Source: Vicugna vicugna
Lineage: Eukaryota
Direction: 5' to 3'
Assembly (NCBI GenBank): GCA_013265495.1
Contig: MU058384.1
Coordinates: 619,622-683,621 of the forward strand
DNA length: 64,000 bases
Shown here piece after piece: positions 25,831 through 38,800 of this stretch. The position numbers and the translations under genes were made by a program. The notes beneath the pieces are model-generated. The model was not told where the DNA came from, made no database searches, and worked only from the letters and a program-made list of their open reading frames with translations. Every line of letters starts with the position of its first letter. The stretch's first letter is position 1.

Positions 25831-28800
25831 TTGTATGATAAGTTCTAGTTAAAGCACTTTAATTCAGAATCATATGAACACTAAAAATACAGACAGAACA
25901 TCAGGCTTGCGAGATGTAGGCCCACATTTTAAAATTCTGACAGCCAATGAATTTCAAATCCATGTCTTATAATCAGTACTGTATTGTCTTGTTTTTAAGA
26001 TGACATTATTGATCAGGAGGATTTGTATTTTCCCCTCTGGCTTTAACCTACTCTGACTTTATGATAGACCCCAACGTTTGAAAAGCTAACTTTTGAAGAG
26101 AATAGCCTTACATGTATAGAAAAAAAAATCTTTGGTTTTCTATGTACACATGTATGCGTTCCAATAGAGCTGATGTTGTAGTTAGAATTTTAGTAACTGT
26201 AACTTCATGGATTAGGAGATGCATGCTGTCACCTGTAGGAGGAGCTCATTGCCAGCAGTCTCCATACAAAACACACTCACTCACTCACTCAGTCTCCAGA
26301 CTCAGTCACAGAGCTAATAATGTGAGTCAAGGCTAAGGAAATAAACCATCTATTTCACTGTAAGCATGAGCTTCCAATGAGAGAGGGGAAGAGAAACGGG
26401 CCTGCCCTGGGGCTCTTGCTTTTCTGGCCTTTAGATTTCTCATCAATGGAAGTGACAAAAACAAAAGGGAGCAGAACTAGCTATTTTATTCTGATCTTTC
26501 CCTTGAGGAGATGCCATAAAGCTTTAGGATGAAGGTCCTATTGTGATGCATAATGATTTTCTTGTGCTGGGTCCACTTTACGTTTCTCTTATGAAGTTTT
26601 GGTGGCGACTGTAGGCAGCTTATCAAGTATGTGGGTCTTAGTCATTTCTATTTCTTTCAAGACAGACTAGCATTTTCTACCTGGGAACACTTGCAAACAC
26701 AGAATATAGCTTTAAATTATCAACCTCAAAAAAAATTAATACAGGCTTATGAACAGGAAAGGAATAGATCTTTAGATATTCATAAATGTGATTTTTATAA
26801 AATTTTCCAGAGTTAGTTTCAACACCTGTATATCACGTTTAGTCTTATTATGTATTGATATCTTAATATCACTTTCAAAATTATAGTAACTTTTCAAAAA
26901 ATATATCATGTTTACATGTACTGCATATACTATTATTTTAAATATAAATTTTTTTGAATTCTCAGTTTTAATAGCTAATGTAAAAATTGAGAGTTATATC
27001 CCACAGAAACAAGAGTAATTTGGCCCCTAAGTAACTTAAGAAGATAAAGGGCTTTTGAGCAAAATGAGTGAGAATCGCTGCTTTAGAAATACAGGACCTT
27101 GGAAGCCTGGAAGCCTGAGGGACAACCTGTGAAGTTCAGGAGTAAGAGTCTGAATACTGCCAAGTTCTGGAGATGACTTTACTCTTCAGAGATCTATGGG
27201 TTACTGGACATGATGGAGAAAGATTTACACTGATAGCATCAGTGTCCTAAGTCTTGGTACATCACCAAGAATCTGAAAAGGAGTGTATGTGTCAATTGAA
27301 ACTTCTCAATCATCATTTCAGGCCTTACTGTTGATTTTCTTAAAAAGACAGTATGCAGTAAAGTGTGTTTGAAGCTATCAATTGCTTTCTTTTATGCACA
27401 CGCACGTGTATGTGCGTGTATGTGAAGAAATGTACAGAAGATTATCAAGAATAAGAATACAAGGATATACCTTAGGTTTTCAGCACAGACTGCCTGGTGG
27501 GGAGAAAGGGAGAGAAAATGGTGTACCCATAAATAACACTGGTTTACTAAAATGATAATTTGCCTATGTGTGTGTGTTATTTTTGTAGCAGATTGTTTAG
27601 AAAAGCTGTAACATATTTCTCTTCCAGTTTATGGGGAATCAGGTGAATAAGAAAGTTGCCGAGTATTATATATGTATCATATACTCTTACTTTAATAGCA
27701 AAGAAAATGCTGTATATCCTGTAGGTGAATATATGCTTGTCTAAATATTTATGGGCACTAGAAAAAGGAGTGAAAGTATACAGATGAGGCCATTAACACT
27801 GGCTGTCTCAATGAGAGGGTAAAGAGAAGCAGAGAAAGAGAATTAACTCTTCCTTTACGCCTTGTAATATACTTCTTCACTTGTTAAAAGGAGTGTATTA
27901 TTCTGGTAATGTGGGAAAGATAAAGACAATTTTATTGGTGAACATGAATATGAAACAATGTTTATAATTCATGTTAAGAACAGGTCACAAAGCAATCTGT
28001 AAAGTAATTTCCATTTTAAAAAAGTCAGCTGTATGTATCTGTATGTATATTCCCAAGTAAAAGTACCTGTTGTCCCAGAATTGTGCCCAAGGCACAAAGT
28101 TGAGTTCAAAAAGTTGCCGAGTACCAAACCACATACTCTAAATTCACAAAGCCAATGATAAACTGACAACAGTTGGAAACTGACGCCTTTATCACTTAGA
28201 GGTGATGAAGTCTCAGGAACAAACAAAAGAGGGGAAATTAAGAATTATTTCAGAGAAAGCATGACTGTTCTCTTCCACTCCAAGGAAGCAGGGTCATTGA
28301 TCTGCCTATGTTGAAAGACAGGGACTAAAACTTCGGATTAATTTTGAGTTTGAATAATAATTTCCCAATATAATATTCTAGTAGCTAAAGGTGCCTGAAA
28401 ATTAGGGTATCAGAGTAAGATGCCAGTGATGAAGGTCCTACTCAAAAAGAAAGGAATATGTGAATTATGTGTAAGTAGGGGAGAGGATGATGGTTGGTTT
28501 AAATGATTATCGCAATTATTAGGAAAAATAAAACCATTTAATGTTATGACTCCAATAATTATGGATTCCAATTACATGTATCTAAATGGCTGGGAGAATA
28601 CACTGCTGTGATAACAATGGTTACATTTGGTTGGTGGACTCATAGAAGGGTCTCATTCTCTTATTTTTATGTGAATATTTTAAATTTGCTGCTAGAATAG
28701 ATAATATTTTTAATGCTATTGCATTTTAATTTTTTTCTACATACAATATTAACATCACTCCTAATAATATATCTGTCATCAGTTTGCTACCTAATATAAT

Positions 28801-31468
28801 CTAACTGTGATGTTAATCTTTACACAGAATTTCTAGAAATTTTAAAGCATGGCCCACACTGGCTTCACATGCTAATTATTGGTTTAGCAGAGAGAGGGGT
28901 TACTTTTTAACTTTTTCGGAAAATGCGGTGCATAGCTTGTTCATCCTTGCAACCATTCAGCAAAGATTGGCTATCTATTATCTCATCTTTCTGGACCCAT
29001 CTTGTTAGAACAGAAAGCTACTAGACATTAGAAACATATTCCTCATGACATGTTATAACATCATCTAGAAAGGATATAATAAGTAAATAAATAGCTTTCC
29101 AGTAAAACCATACCATCTACACTTCTACTCTGGTAATCAGTAGATCTTCAACATAAATATATTTGATAGCTTTAGCAGTCTTGCCAGTCATTTCTGATGC
29201 TGTTGATCACCAGGGTCATTTGGTTTCTCCTCACACTAGTATGAATTTGAAACTGATTTCTTTTGCCTCTGAAAAATTTATTTTTTCTTCCTATCACAAA
29301 TATAATTCTATTGTCCATGAAGTAATGCATACAGACAGTCATTACCCTATGTGTTGAAAGTCCAGCTCCTTCTAAAACTCACATAAATGTTGTAAGTTAT
29401 TCTTTCTAAAAGTAGAGGCTAGAGTTATTGATCTCTTACTGTACCCTTTTTTTATAACATTTACAGATAACTAACAGATGAACATATTTACAAAAGAAAA
29501 TACTGATAATTATACCTTAATATGAATTTATTTCTGGGTATTTGTGTATAAAATACATATAACAAAATGTAATAAATATGCTAATTCATGTGTGTCAAAT
29601 AATTTTAAATACCTATCACAGGAATTATTAATTCATGTTATGTATTATGATATCACATGCTTATTTATAGCCCCACATCTCTGCAGTAAGTTAGTGGACA
29701 GTCCAATTTGTTCTGATTTTCTGACATTATTTCCTGTTCTATCTTGATTAAAAAAAAAAGCTTATTTGTTTCAAAATTGAATGTCAGCCAAAAACCATTT
29801 TTATTTACTATTAAAAATGTTTCTGTTTGAGAAGAAAAAAGTTTTGAGCCAGTCTAACTATAATGGAAATTTTTGTTATAGTTTTTCTTTGTAAAACATA
29901 AAACCAAGTAATCAGTTAAGTGTAACCTCATGATCTGATGAATTATCTTATGTATAACACAAATGGTCAGTTTTTTTTTTCCCTTTGAAGAAGAAGTAGG
30001 GGGAAAGTAGGGTCATACAAACAAGTTATGTTTACTCGAGCTCTCATTCCAAAGAAAGCAAAAATATTGCTGCTATTGTAATTTTTGAAATATTTATTTA
30101 TATTTTACTGATTCCTTTAAAAATGTTATTAATAACTTGATTATATTGCCTTCAGTTGTTAATTCTCTAAAATACATGACATAGTTTCACTAAGCACAAA
30201 ATGGTAAATTCCTCTAAATTTTGATTTCCATAGTGGTTCTGCCCTTCCCTCGGCTCGGAGGCCATGTTTTCTGCAAGACACAGAATGATGTCATTTTATG
30301 CAGAGAATAGTTTCCCACCTGCTAGAAGGAGGAGGCATATCGTGGCAGCTGCATCACTGATTTGAAAAAGCAGCAAAATAGAAATGTATAGATGAGTATG
30401 TCAGTGTAATGGGTGGGGAAGTGTAACATGCTTTCCCCAACAACAGCTGGAAAATTATACCAAGCCTAAAATAGTATCTTTTGGCTTCAAACCAAATGTT
30501 TCTATCTCTAGTACTACCCAGAGCAAAAACACTACTCACAAATGAATTCCATATTCTGTTTACAGAAGCAGCATTTTCTCTGCAAGGCATGTTAGGGGTG
30601 GTGAGAAGTAAGGAAACGATATGCTTTATGACCCTATTCATTTCCATATATGACTCAAAGTCTTCAGACAATCAGTGAGAAATAATAACCCCTGAATCCT
30701 TTATGTTTCCTTTTAAAGATTGACTTCCTAGGAAGTATAGATTTTTTTTTAAAGAAATGCTCCTTTGGAGCTTTACAAAGTGCCAGTAATAACTTCAGAA
30801 ATAATCTGTCTCTAAATAAAAAATTTAATCAATTATGAATGAAAAGAAAGCTCTGTGTGTTCATAAAGCATTTAATAAATAGATGAGTCTGTGCCACAAA
30901 TACAGTCCAATTATATGAGTCTGTAAATATTTTTTTCTTATACAGTTTGTAAACAATGACTAATGTAGGAATTTTCACCTAGAAACAATCATAAGGTGTT
31001 TTTATCCCTTGTTTTTTAATAGAGGAAGGAACAAAGTCTAAGGGCATGTAACTTCTTTTTACAACATAGCGGGTAGGAGGCACCCTATTCATCTCTGCGG
31101 TGGCTGCAGTCTTTTTTACATTCACTCTCAATTATTTAATCAATGACATTCTAAATGTCACATTTTAAAGGTAACTCATATAGAATTTTAATTTAAAATA
31201 TGATGTTTTCTTCCATTGTTTTTCACTGACTTCAGATATAAAACTTTCCATAATTACTACAACAATTTAAGACATTTTTGTAAATTGATTTTTAAGCATT
31301 GGCTAGCTAATTTTTCCCCTATTGGTAAAAATGTAAGTTAAAATTTATTAGAAGCTGTGCCCACATAGCAGTTAAGTGCATGATTAATTCTCTGTCAGTG
31401 TTTAAATTTGATATTTTAGATATGAAAACATCAAACTTCAGTATGTGATTTTTTTTTTTCTGGTGGTC

Positions 31469-31506
31469 TTTTTTTGAAATTGAAGTATAGTCAATTTACA
31501 GTGCTG
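31469..31506 (-). mobile_element. Ultra-short L1 3' tail
   Basis: tttttttgaaattgaagtatagtcaatttacagtg matches the reverse complement of the in-window L1 ends (e.g. ~34405-34425); imperfect TSD ggtggtcttt / ggtggtgttcttt. Confidence 0.6.
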
Positions 31507-32056
31507 GGTGGTGTTCTTTGAATTAGATCTGTTTCATTGAAAAGTTTTGCTTATTTTATAATGTTTCAAAAGTTATGCATTAAAAGCAAATGCAATCTTC
31601 TGCTCGCAGACATTTTCACATTAGTAATGGATAATTCATTGGTTTGAAATCTCTACCTCTTCTGTGTCACTCTCTATCTTCCATGGTGCTATGCCATGTA
31701 GATAACCCTACTGAGACTCTCCTTAGTTTCTTTTATTCTTCGATACTTAAGCCCCTGATTGAAAGTGGAAAAGTCCTTTTGTCTGAAAAATGCAGAATAT
31801 AAGGAGAATCTGTGTTCTTGGGATACTGGAACAATAAACCTTTGGTCTGACAACAGTACTAAATCAAGGAGTCATTTCATTGATTGCCATGAAGCTTGAA
31901 AGCACACCAAGATTGTAGGACAAATTAATGACAGATAAATTTTTTTGTACAGAAGTTGGTATTCAGTTTGTATTGTCTTTGGTGATGCTTAGAACAGTGG
32001 CTGTGCCTCCGAAATCACGGGTTCTTCTTATTTGTGTGAATCAGTTATTCTGTGAC

Positions 32057-32697
32057 TGTTGCGTAGACACTGCGTTGTGGGTTCGTCACCAGTTGTGGGT
32101 TCTGGCTGGCAGAAGTCCCACTTAGACGGAATGAATTACTCAAGACTGGAAAAAGTCAAGAGAGCCAGAGGGAGTTGGGAGCAAACTCCTTGAGCCTCTC
32201 AACTCTCCCATATTTATTGAGTACAGTCAAAGGAGGAATGCAGGAATTCAGGGAAGGACAGGGTGGGATCACAATGAGTACAAAGGCTTTGTTTATTGTT
32301 CATGTTTGGCTCAAGGTCAGAAGACCCTTTTTGGTGAATCATGTTTGTGTTGAGCCTTTCAGCTTACCAGGGCAGAATGTATGAGAATCAGCTGCTTAAC
32401 AACTTGGACTCAGGTGGCTGTGCCTGTCTTAGGTTGCCCCCCTCAGGGGATCTTACCCGTCATTGGCTAACCAGCCTTCTCACCTCTGAGTCTGCAGCTT
32501 TTTATAACTTGTTTACCATTCCAGCCCAAGGCTGCTTTGGGGATAGAAGACTATCTAACAGCAGGCACACCCAGCGTTTATAGCCGAGGGCCTGGGTCTT
32601 TGCTAAAACCTCAAGGCAGTTACTAAGCACATCTTCTTTAAGGAGATAAGTTACTGGGATCTGTTACAATTTGTTAACCCAGTCATGGGCTTCCACA
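32057..32697 (-). mobile_element. Solo ERV LTR, ~640 bp
   Basis: TG...CA candidate termini; minus-strand TATAAAAAG (32498-32506) upstream of AATAAA (32292-32297 and 32213-32218); GC-richer with CpGs; right boundary and TSD not firmly resolved. Confidence 0.7.
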
Positions 32698-33098
32698 CTG
32701 TGTCAGTGCTGCATCCTGAAGCTTTGCTCTTCCCAGCTCATCACAAGTGAGTCCACTGAGGGATTTTCACAGAGGATACTCTCCTGCCCAGATCAGTTCA
32801 CAGATTTCGACTCTTCAAAATCCAAGACCTGTTGACTGATTTCTGCTCTCTAACATATTTCCACAAATGATTTTGCAGCTAATGAGACCCCGGACACAGA
32901 TCCTCTGCAGAATGCTCCAGTCTTGAAAATACGATGTGACTGTGGCATCCATCTCCCCATGTGCTGACTCAACGTGCAAAGTTGATTCAGTGCCTAGGTT
33001 CCCAGACACAACCAGTTGGCTTACTTTCCTTCACACAGAACACAGTTTTCACCCTACACACCAGACCAATTAGTTCGGACTGATACTTTGCATATGAT

Positions 33099-33518
33099 TT
33101 ACCAGTCCCATCCTCCAAAGATGGATTTTGACTCATAGCTCTCATAATTTTTGAAATTAGCAAGAATGTGCTTGATTTGTTCTGCAGCCCTTGTCGTAAA
33201 AGGTTTTACTCTTTCTGGTCTCTGTTCTTCAAGGTTCCCTTTGATTGGCTCCATGTAGTCTTTGATGTACTTCTTGTAGGCTTCTTTCGTGAAGCTGGTT
33301 TCCTGCAAGTGACGGTTCATGACAATATGGACACCAGGGATTACTGTGCTTTCCGTGCCTTCGCCCTCGGGGCCTTCAGCAGAGGCTTTTCCACCAATGA
33401 GTGAGTCATCAATGTTACCCTCTGACCTACTGCCCGTCTTCCCCCCCTCCACCTCCCAGATCTTGTAGATGTTGGAGAACATCTCATCATGGCTGATGAG
33501 GTCCCGGTAGATGATCAT
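33099..33518 (-). CDS. Uninterrupted 139-aa TCTP-like ORF of the retrocopy with a non-TCTP C-terminus; expression not shown
   Basis: ORF track; native Kozak context gccatcATG; residues after ...NFKNY(E) are unrelated to TCTP. Confidence 0.2.
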   Translation of the reverse strand: MIIYRDLISHDEMFSNIYKIWEVEGGKTGSRSEGNIDDSLIGGKASAEGPEGEGTESTVIPGVHIVMNRHLQETSFTKEAYKKYIKDYMEPIKGNLEEQRPERVKPFTTRAAEQIKHILANFKNYESYESKSIFGGWDW

Positions 33519-33625
33519 GATGGCGGCTAGAGGGAGATGACGGTGGCGCTAGCTTAGCTGGAGCTCTGAGCAAGCACAGTGCGGCTGGAGCGGCGCTCGG
33601 GGGTAGGGAGGAGTGGGCGGAAAAG
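33141..33625 (-). pseudogene. TPT1: Processed (intronless) TPT1/TCTP retrocopy: full 5'UTR plus coding sequence to about codon 133
   Basis: The translation [15 protein letters not shown]...[27 protein letters not shown]...HILANFKNY is clearly TCTP; no introns; 5'UTR begins with CTTTTCCGCC; many substitutions and two in-frame indels. Confidence 0.96.
33619..33625 (-). promoter_or_regulatory. 5'-TOP motif copied from the TPT1 mRNA cap site
   Basis: Plus-strand ggaaaag reads CTTTTCC on the minus strand at the exact start of TPT1 similarity; TPT1 is an established TOP mRNA. Confidence 0.75.
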
Positions 33626-34057
33626 CCAGTTTCCCTTCTTCTTAAACTCTGCTTTGCTAAAAAGCCTGGGCATAGCTAGGATCTGATTGCATCAGATAAC
33701 TCTGGGGCCACTGGAGCATGTCGGTGGGCGAAAGCTTTTCCTTCTATCTAGTTCTCATGTATTCGCTAGTAGGGTCTGTAGTTTGGGGATTTTAGCATTA
33801 TTTTGGTTATTAACTTCTGAGTTCAAATATTTGGTCAGAGAACATAGTCTTCAAGAAATTAATTCTTTGACATGTATTGATGATTCTCCTGGGAGCTAGG
33901 GTAGGATGTGATTTTTTTTGTAAAAAATTGTCTTATATGATGTGTAAAGTCATATATTATATCAAGTTTATTAATCATATTATTCACAGCTCTTGTACTT
34001 TTATTTTCTGCAAATTTCATCTGTTGGTTTTCAAGAATGGCATATTATTTGTGAATT

Positions 34058-34432
34058 CATACTAAGTGAAGTAAGTCGGACAAAGACAAATAACATGTAT
34101 CACTTTTATGTGGAATCTAAAATATGATACAAATGAACTTACTTATAAAACAGAAACAGACTCACAGGTATAGTAAACAAAATTATGGTTATCAAAGGGG
34201 AAAGGGGAAGAGGAGGGATAAATTAGGAGTTTGGGATTAGCAGATAAAATAGATAAACAACAATGGCCTACTGTATAGCACAGGGAACTATATTCATTAT
34301 CTTGTAACAAACCATAATGGGAAAAAATATGGAAAAGAATATATACACACACACACATGTATAACTGCATCACTCTGTTGTACACCAGAAGCTAACACAA
34401 TATTATAAATCAACTATACTTCAATTTTAAAT
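34058..34432 (+). mobile_element. 5'-truncated L1 3'UTR
   Basis: catactaagtgaagtaagtc...aatgaacttacttataaaacagaaacagactcacag...aatcaactatacttcaat; similar to 7050-7410. Confidence 0.9.
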
Positions 34433-35779
34433 GTATGGCTTTATTTATTGAATTATCTATTTCTTCCTTTTATCGCTTCTTGTTTCTTTGCCTATTTCAA
34501 GTCTTCATTATGGCCATACACTATCACTATTGTAATGAGTTGATCCATTGTTTCACTGGCAGCATGTAATTACAATTTTTATTGATTTTTCTGTTTTAAA
34601 ATCATTTTCTCTGATGTTATATTTGAGAGTCTAGCACTTGTCACTGCACATGCATTATATAGCTTTTTCTATCCTTTTATTTTCAGTATTTCTGTACCAT
34701 TTTTTAAGCACACTTTGTAGAAAATACATTGCTGAATTTTTTCAGGGAGAAATTGCTGATTGGCACATATCTGTCTTTTGGCTAGTGAGTTTAGCCCGTT
34801 TAAAGTTATAACGATTATTGTTGTATCAAGACTTATCTCTCCGAACTTACAGATATGTGTACAGCTTCCCTTTTTCTTGAACTTCTATCCAGTGGAAGAT
34901 CAGATTTTCTTCTGTTGTTTTAAAAATTATAATTCTGTTTTTTTCTATACTTTTTTAACATTTAATCTATCTTTATGCATAATTTCCCCATTGATATCTG
35001 AAACTGAACAATGCCTATATTTTATTCTCAAACATACCTTTGTAAAATGCCAAATGGCAGGTCATTCCTCCTTGCCCCTTCCAATCAATGTATATTGATG
35101 TAATCTGGAATTCAATTCCAAATTAAAAGATTATGAATTGGGAATGACAGTAGTACTTATAGGGGTGTGATGAGTATGAATATTGAATATTGATATGCAT
35201 TATATTATTTCCAACTGTTCCTTGCACATAATAAACACTCAATGTTAGCGATAAATACAATTATTATTATGAATAAGCATTTTGATGACTTATTTATTTC
35301 TAATTATATAAATCTCACTGCATTAATGCTCTTTTTGCTAGAGTTAATCATTCAGTTGGTTTTTCCAAGAAAGGTCAATGTGTGACAGTATAGCTAAGAA
35401 TAGTTTCATTTTACATTTAAGTGCTATTGTTGATATAAAACTTCCAATTTACTCCATGCAATATAAAAAAAATAAATCCTTCTGTGCCTTCTTGCATTTA
35501 TTGTTGCAATTGGGAATTCTAATTTTGTTCAATCGGATATTTCTTTTTGAAGGTATTCTGATTTTACCTCTCTAGAGACTTGGAAACTTCTCTGTGCCTT
35601 TGATGTTCTTAAATTTCACTATGCTGTCTAAATCTGTTAAGCTCTCAGCAGTCTGCCATTTAGAATCTAATGGGTCTTTACAACCTAAAGTTGTACCTGT
35701 TTCTCTAATTTTTAGAAATTCTGTCATTATTTCTTCAAGTATTTCCTATCTTCTGTTTCTTCTTTCTCTTGAAATTCAG

Positions 35780-35808
<29 letters not shown>
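35780..35808. repeat. (AC)n microsatellite
   Basis: Seen directly. Confidence 0.95.
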
Positions 35809-35816
<8 letters not shown>

Positions 35817-38800
35817 TGTATATATAGTCTAATTAAAACTTGCAGTAATTACAGCAAATATATTAAAGCAATAAGATTATTTTAGGGAGTTGTATTTTTG
35901 TTACTCATAATACTTAGAATTGACAGTGCAGTGTGTTGATATAAAACAGATCAACTTTTTGTCAGTTCTATTGCCATTTTTAAGTTTTCTTTCTAAAATG
36001 CACCCCCTTATTTCTACGGACAAGGTAAAATTGGTGCTGCTCAGGCACCCTTGATTTGACACTGATTAGGACAATTTGTTCTTGAAAAAACTGTGACATA
36101 ATATACAAGTAATTTATCAATCCTTTTCATTACACCTTGTATCGCAGGAGCAAATTTAGTCAATAGAATTCACAGTAGCATTTAACTTTAAAGTGAAGAG
36201 AAACTAAGGTTGTTTAAGAAGAGTGAGTGTATTTTGCAAATAAGTGTTGTGATTTTTGGAAATTTTAAAATCCCCATGTTAAAAAACCAGAAGCTCATAT
36301 TATAATGCTTATTATTTTTAATAAGCAGAAGCTCATTGAAATGAATGAGACCTTTGCACCATTTTACCCAAAGCAATTTTGTGTAATAAGAGAAATTCCT
36401 TTGAGGTAGTCTGTTATGGAATTTAACTTCAGCTCAGTAAATTGTTTCTCTATTTCTTTTGAAATGAGAATTTAAAGAAAGTGAGTGCAAATGAAGGTAT
36501 AATCAGTAAAGAAAAAAAGTGAAACTTGTTAATGTTGAGTCATTTTTAAAGTGAAAGAAAAATGTAGCTCCACGTTCACATGAGGTCATTGCAAAAATAT
36601 CAAACTTTGTATGACTGACTTGTTTGAATGATATAGCTGATGAAATACTTATTTTGAGCAAAGTGAATTCTAATAATTAAGACAGAACTCATCAGTTAAA
36701 AGAGGCCACTCTCTATCCTTCCAACTTCCTCTCTCCTTAGCGCTGTTACTCCTCCCCGCCACCCCTACACATTTCCAGCCACTCCAGACGCCTTCCTTTC
36801 CCCTCATCTCTCATCTCTCTCATGTCTCAGGGATTCATTCCCTTCCCTGTGATAGGCTCTTCTCTCCTGTTTTATAGGCATTTAAGTTTCTACCCTTCTT
36901 TCAAGGCCTGTGTGTAATCTCTGAAAAGTGTATCTTGGGCAGAATTCATTGTTCTCTCTGTGGTAGAAAAGGCATTGTCCTTTGCTTTTATAGCACTGCA
37001 TATATAATTAGTATATGTGATTAGTGTATATGTATATTCATGGATTCATATATATAAACCATCTGGTATAAAAAATAAAGATAAGCTTTAACTTTAAACC
37101 TTCTCTTGCCTTTGAGTTATGAAGTGACCATCCAGGTATGTGTGGCTTTCTAATGGGTCCATACAGGACCAAGAACAGAATGTGAAAGCATAAGGGGTCA
37201 CCCATGAACGGCTGCTGCTGTGATGGTGACGGAATGCCCTCCCTAGCCAGGACAGCAGTGCTGATTTCAATGCAATTGGATCACAATTTCTCACCTACAA
37301 TGTAGATTTAGACTTTGTTTTCTAACTTGTCCTTGTCTTTCAGGTTTGTGTGTGTGTGTGAGTGTAGCTGTTGTTCTGTTGTGTTTGATGCAAGTGTTGC
37401 TTATTAGCCAACCAACAGTAATTAATAGATTTATTTCCCCAAACTGTCAAGAAACACTGGAAGGAGACAGGACTTGGAGTAGCAAAGCACACCTTGCATT
37501 ATGTTGTGTTATTATTTTAAACTGAATGACACAGGGATAAACCTAATACACAAGGTCTGTTGTCCTGAAGAGTGACAGCTGGGGAGGTGATGTGGTTTAC
37601 TCCTCCCCTGGATAAGTTGGGTCTCAAAGTGAAGAGAAAGTGTGATGTTGATAACTCTAGAAAACATATGCCTCCCCCTTTCCAAAATACATTAGAGGAA
37701 GCTGCCTCTTGGATTTGTAAGTATGTAAAATCTCATGCCTAGAATAAATTAAAAAGAATGAGCATAGTAACCTAACTCAATCTTCCAGCTCTTAACACAA
37801 TATTTGAGTTAGCTGGTGTTAAAATATTAGATAAATGGCAGACAGAAAAGAAGAGAAGGAAGAAGGAAAACAATCTCAATACCATTCAGTTACGTGGGCA
37901 CTATTTTGAAGTCTACCACAATGGAATTTAGTCTGTGTTACATGTAGAAAATGTAATTTGAGTTTCTGACTTTCATTTTCTTAAAAAGCACAGCCTACAG
38001 TATTAGCAAGGAAAGGGTCAGAGGAAAAAAAGGAACACAATACTCCATTTTGACTGAAGGCTATATTCCATTTTTCCTCTGGGGTTTATTCCATGTTTCT
38101 CTCTAGACCGGCGGCCCCCAGGGGTGTTTACTACTTTCTGTCCCACTTCTATTTTGAATGAAATGATCTAAATTGCTCTGCTTACGTTTTCTTATTCCCA
38201 CTATTTTAACCCAACATTTAAGTAACAGATTCCCAAAATGTGTTTCTTTTTCTTTCTTCATATCGTCGTGTATTATCCAACTAGATCTACCATTATAGTA
38301 TTTAACCGTTTCAGTCATATGCCCAAAAGTGGAAAGGTTTTAAAAACGGTTTTGATATAGTTTATTTCCTGCACTCTAAAAGATAAGCTGGTTTTTCTCA
38401 TTGTTGGTTTGTTTTCCATTTAAGTGATGGTTTGCTACTCTAGGTTTCCCAAATACCTGTATTCACAACAGTTACAGGTTATTGTTAATTTTTATCTTTA
38501 AATCCTGGTTAATTAACTGCCTAGTGACTGCATAGAGGGAATTTAAATCCTATTAAAAATGGATAATATTTCCTTTGGTACTTTAAAGTAGATTTCCCTT
38601 GTTACATTTTACAGTAAAAACAACAATAAACATATTAATGGTGCTGCTGGATCTGTTCCACTTCCAGTCTTTACTGGTCATGGTGATTAGCTACCCATCG
38701 ATGGATGGGCAGAGCTGACCAACCTGGACCATAAGCACTGACTGATGAGCTGGGCAGTGAGGAGGAATCAGTCCTCCCCATCCCAAAAGTTCAGGGAAAG

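Noticed and set aside
33626..33646. Target-site duplication for the TPT1 retrocopy (ccagtttcccttcttctt next to an EN-like site)
   Set aside because: I found no second copy adjoining a poly(T) tract on the other side by eye.
33724..33741. Echo of the TPT1 5' end (gtgggcgaaagc, then cttttcc)
   Set aside because: Too short and gapped to distinguish from chance.
37240..37260. REST/RE1 site (GGACAGCAG half-site)
   Set aside because: The left half does not match TTCAGCACC.
37322..37343. Strong-looking branch point and 3' splice site (ctaac...tctttcag)
   Set aside because: It is followed by a TG repeat with no credible exon; such motifs are common by chance.
38108..38128. CTCF-like motif in a small GC patch
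   Set aside because: It mismatches core positions (no terminal GGC) and cannot be supported without PWM or ChIP data.
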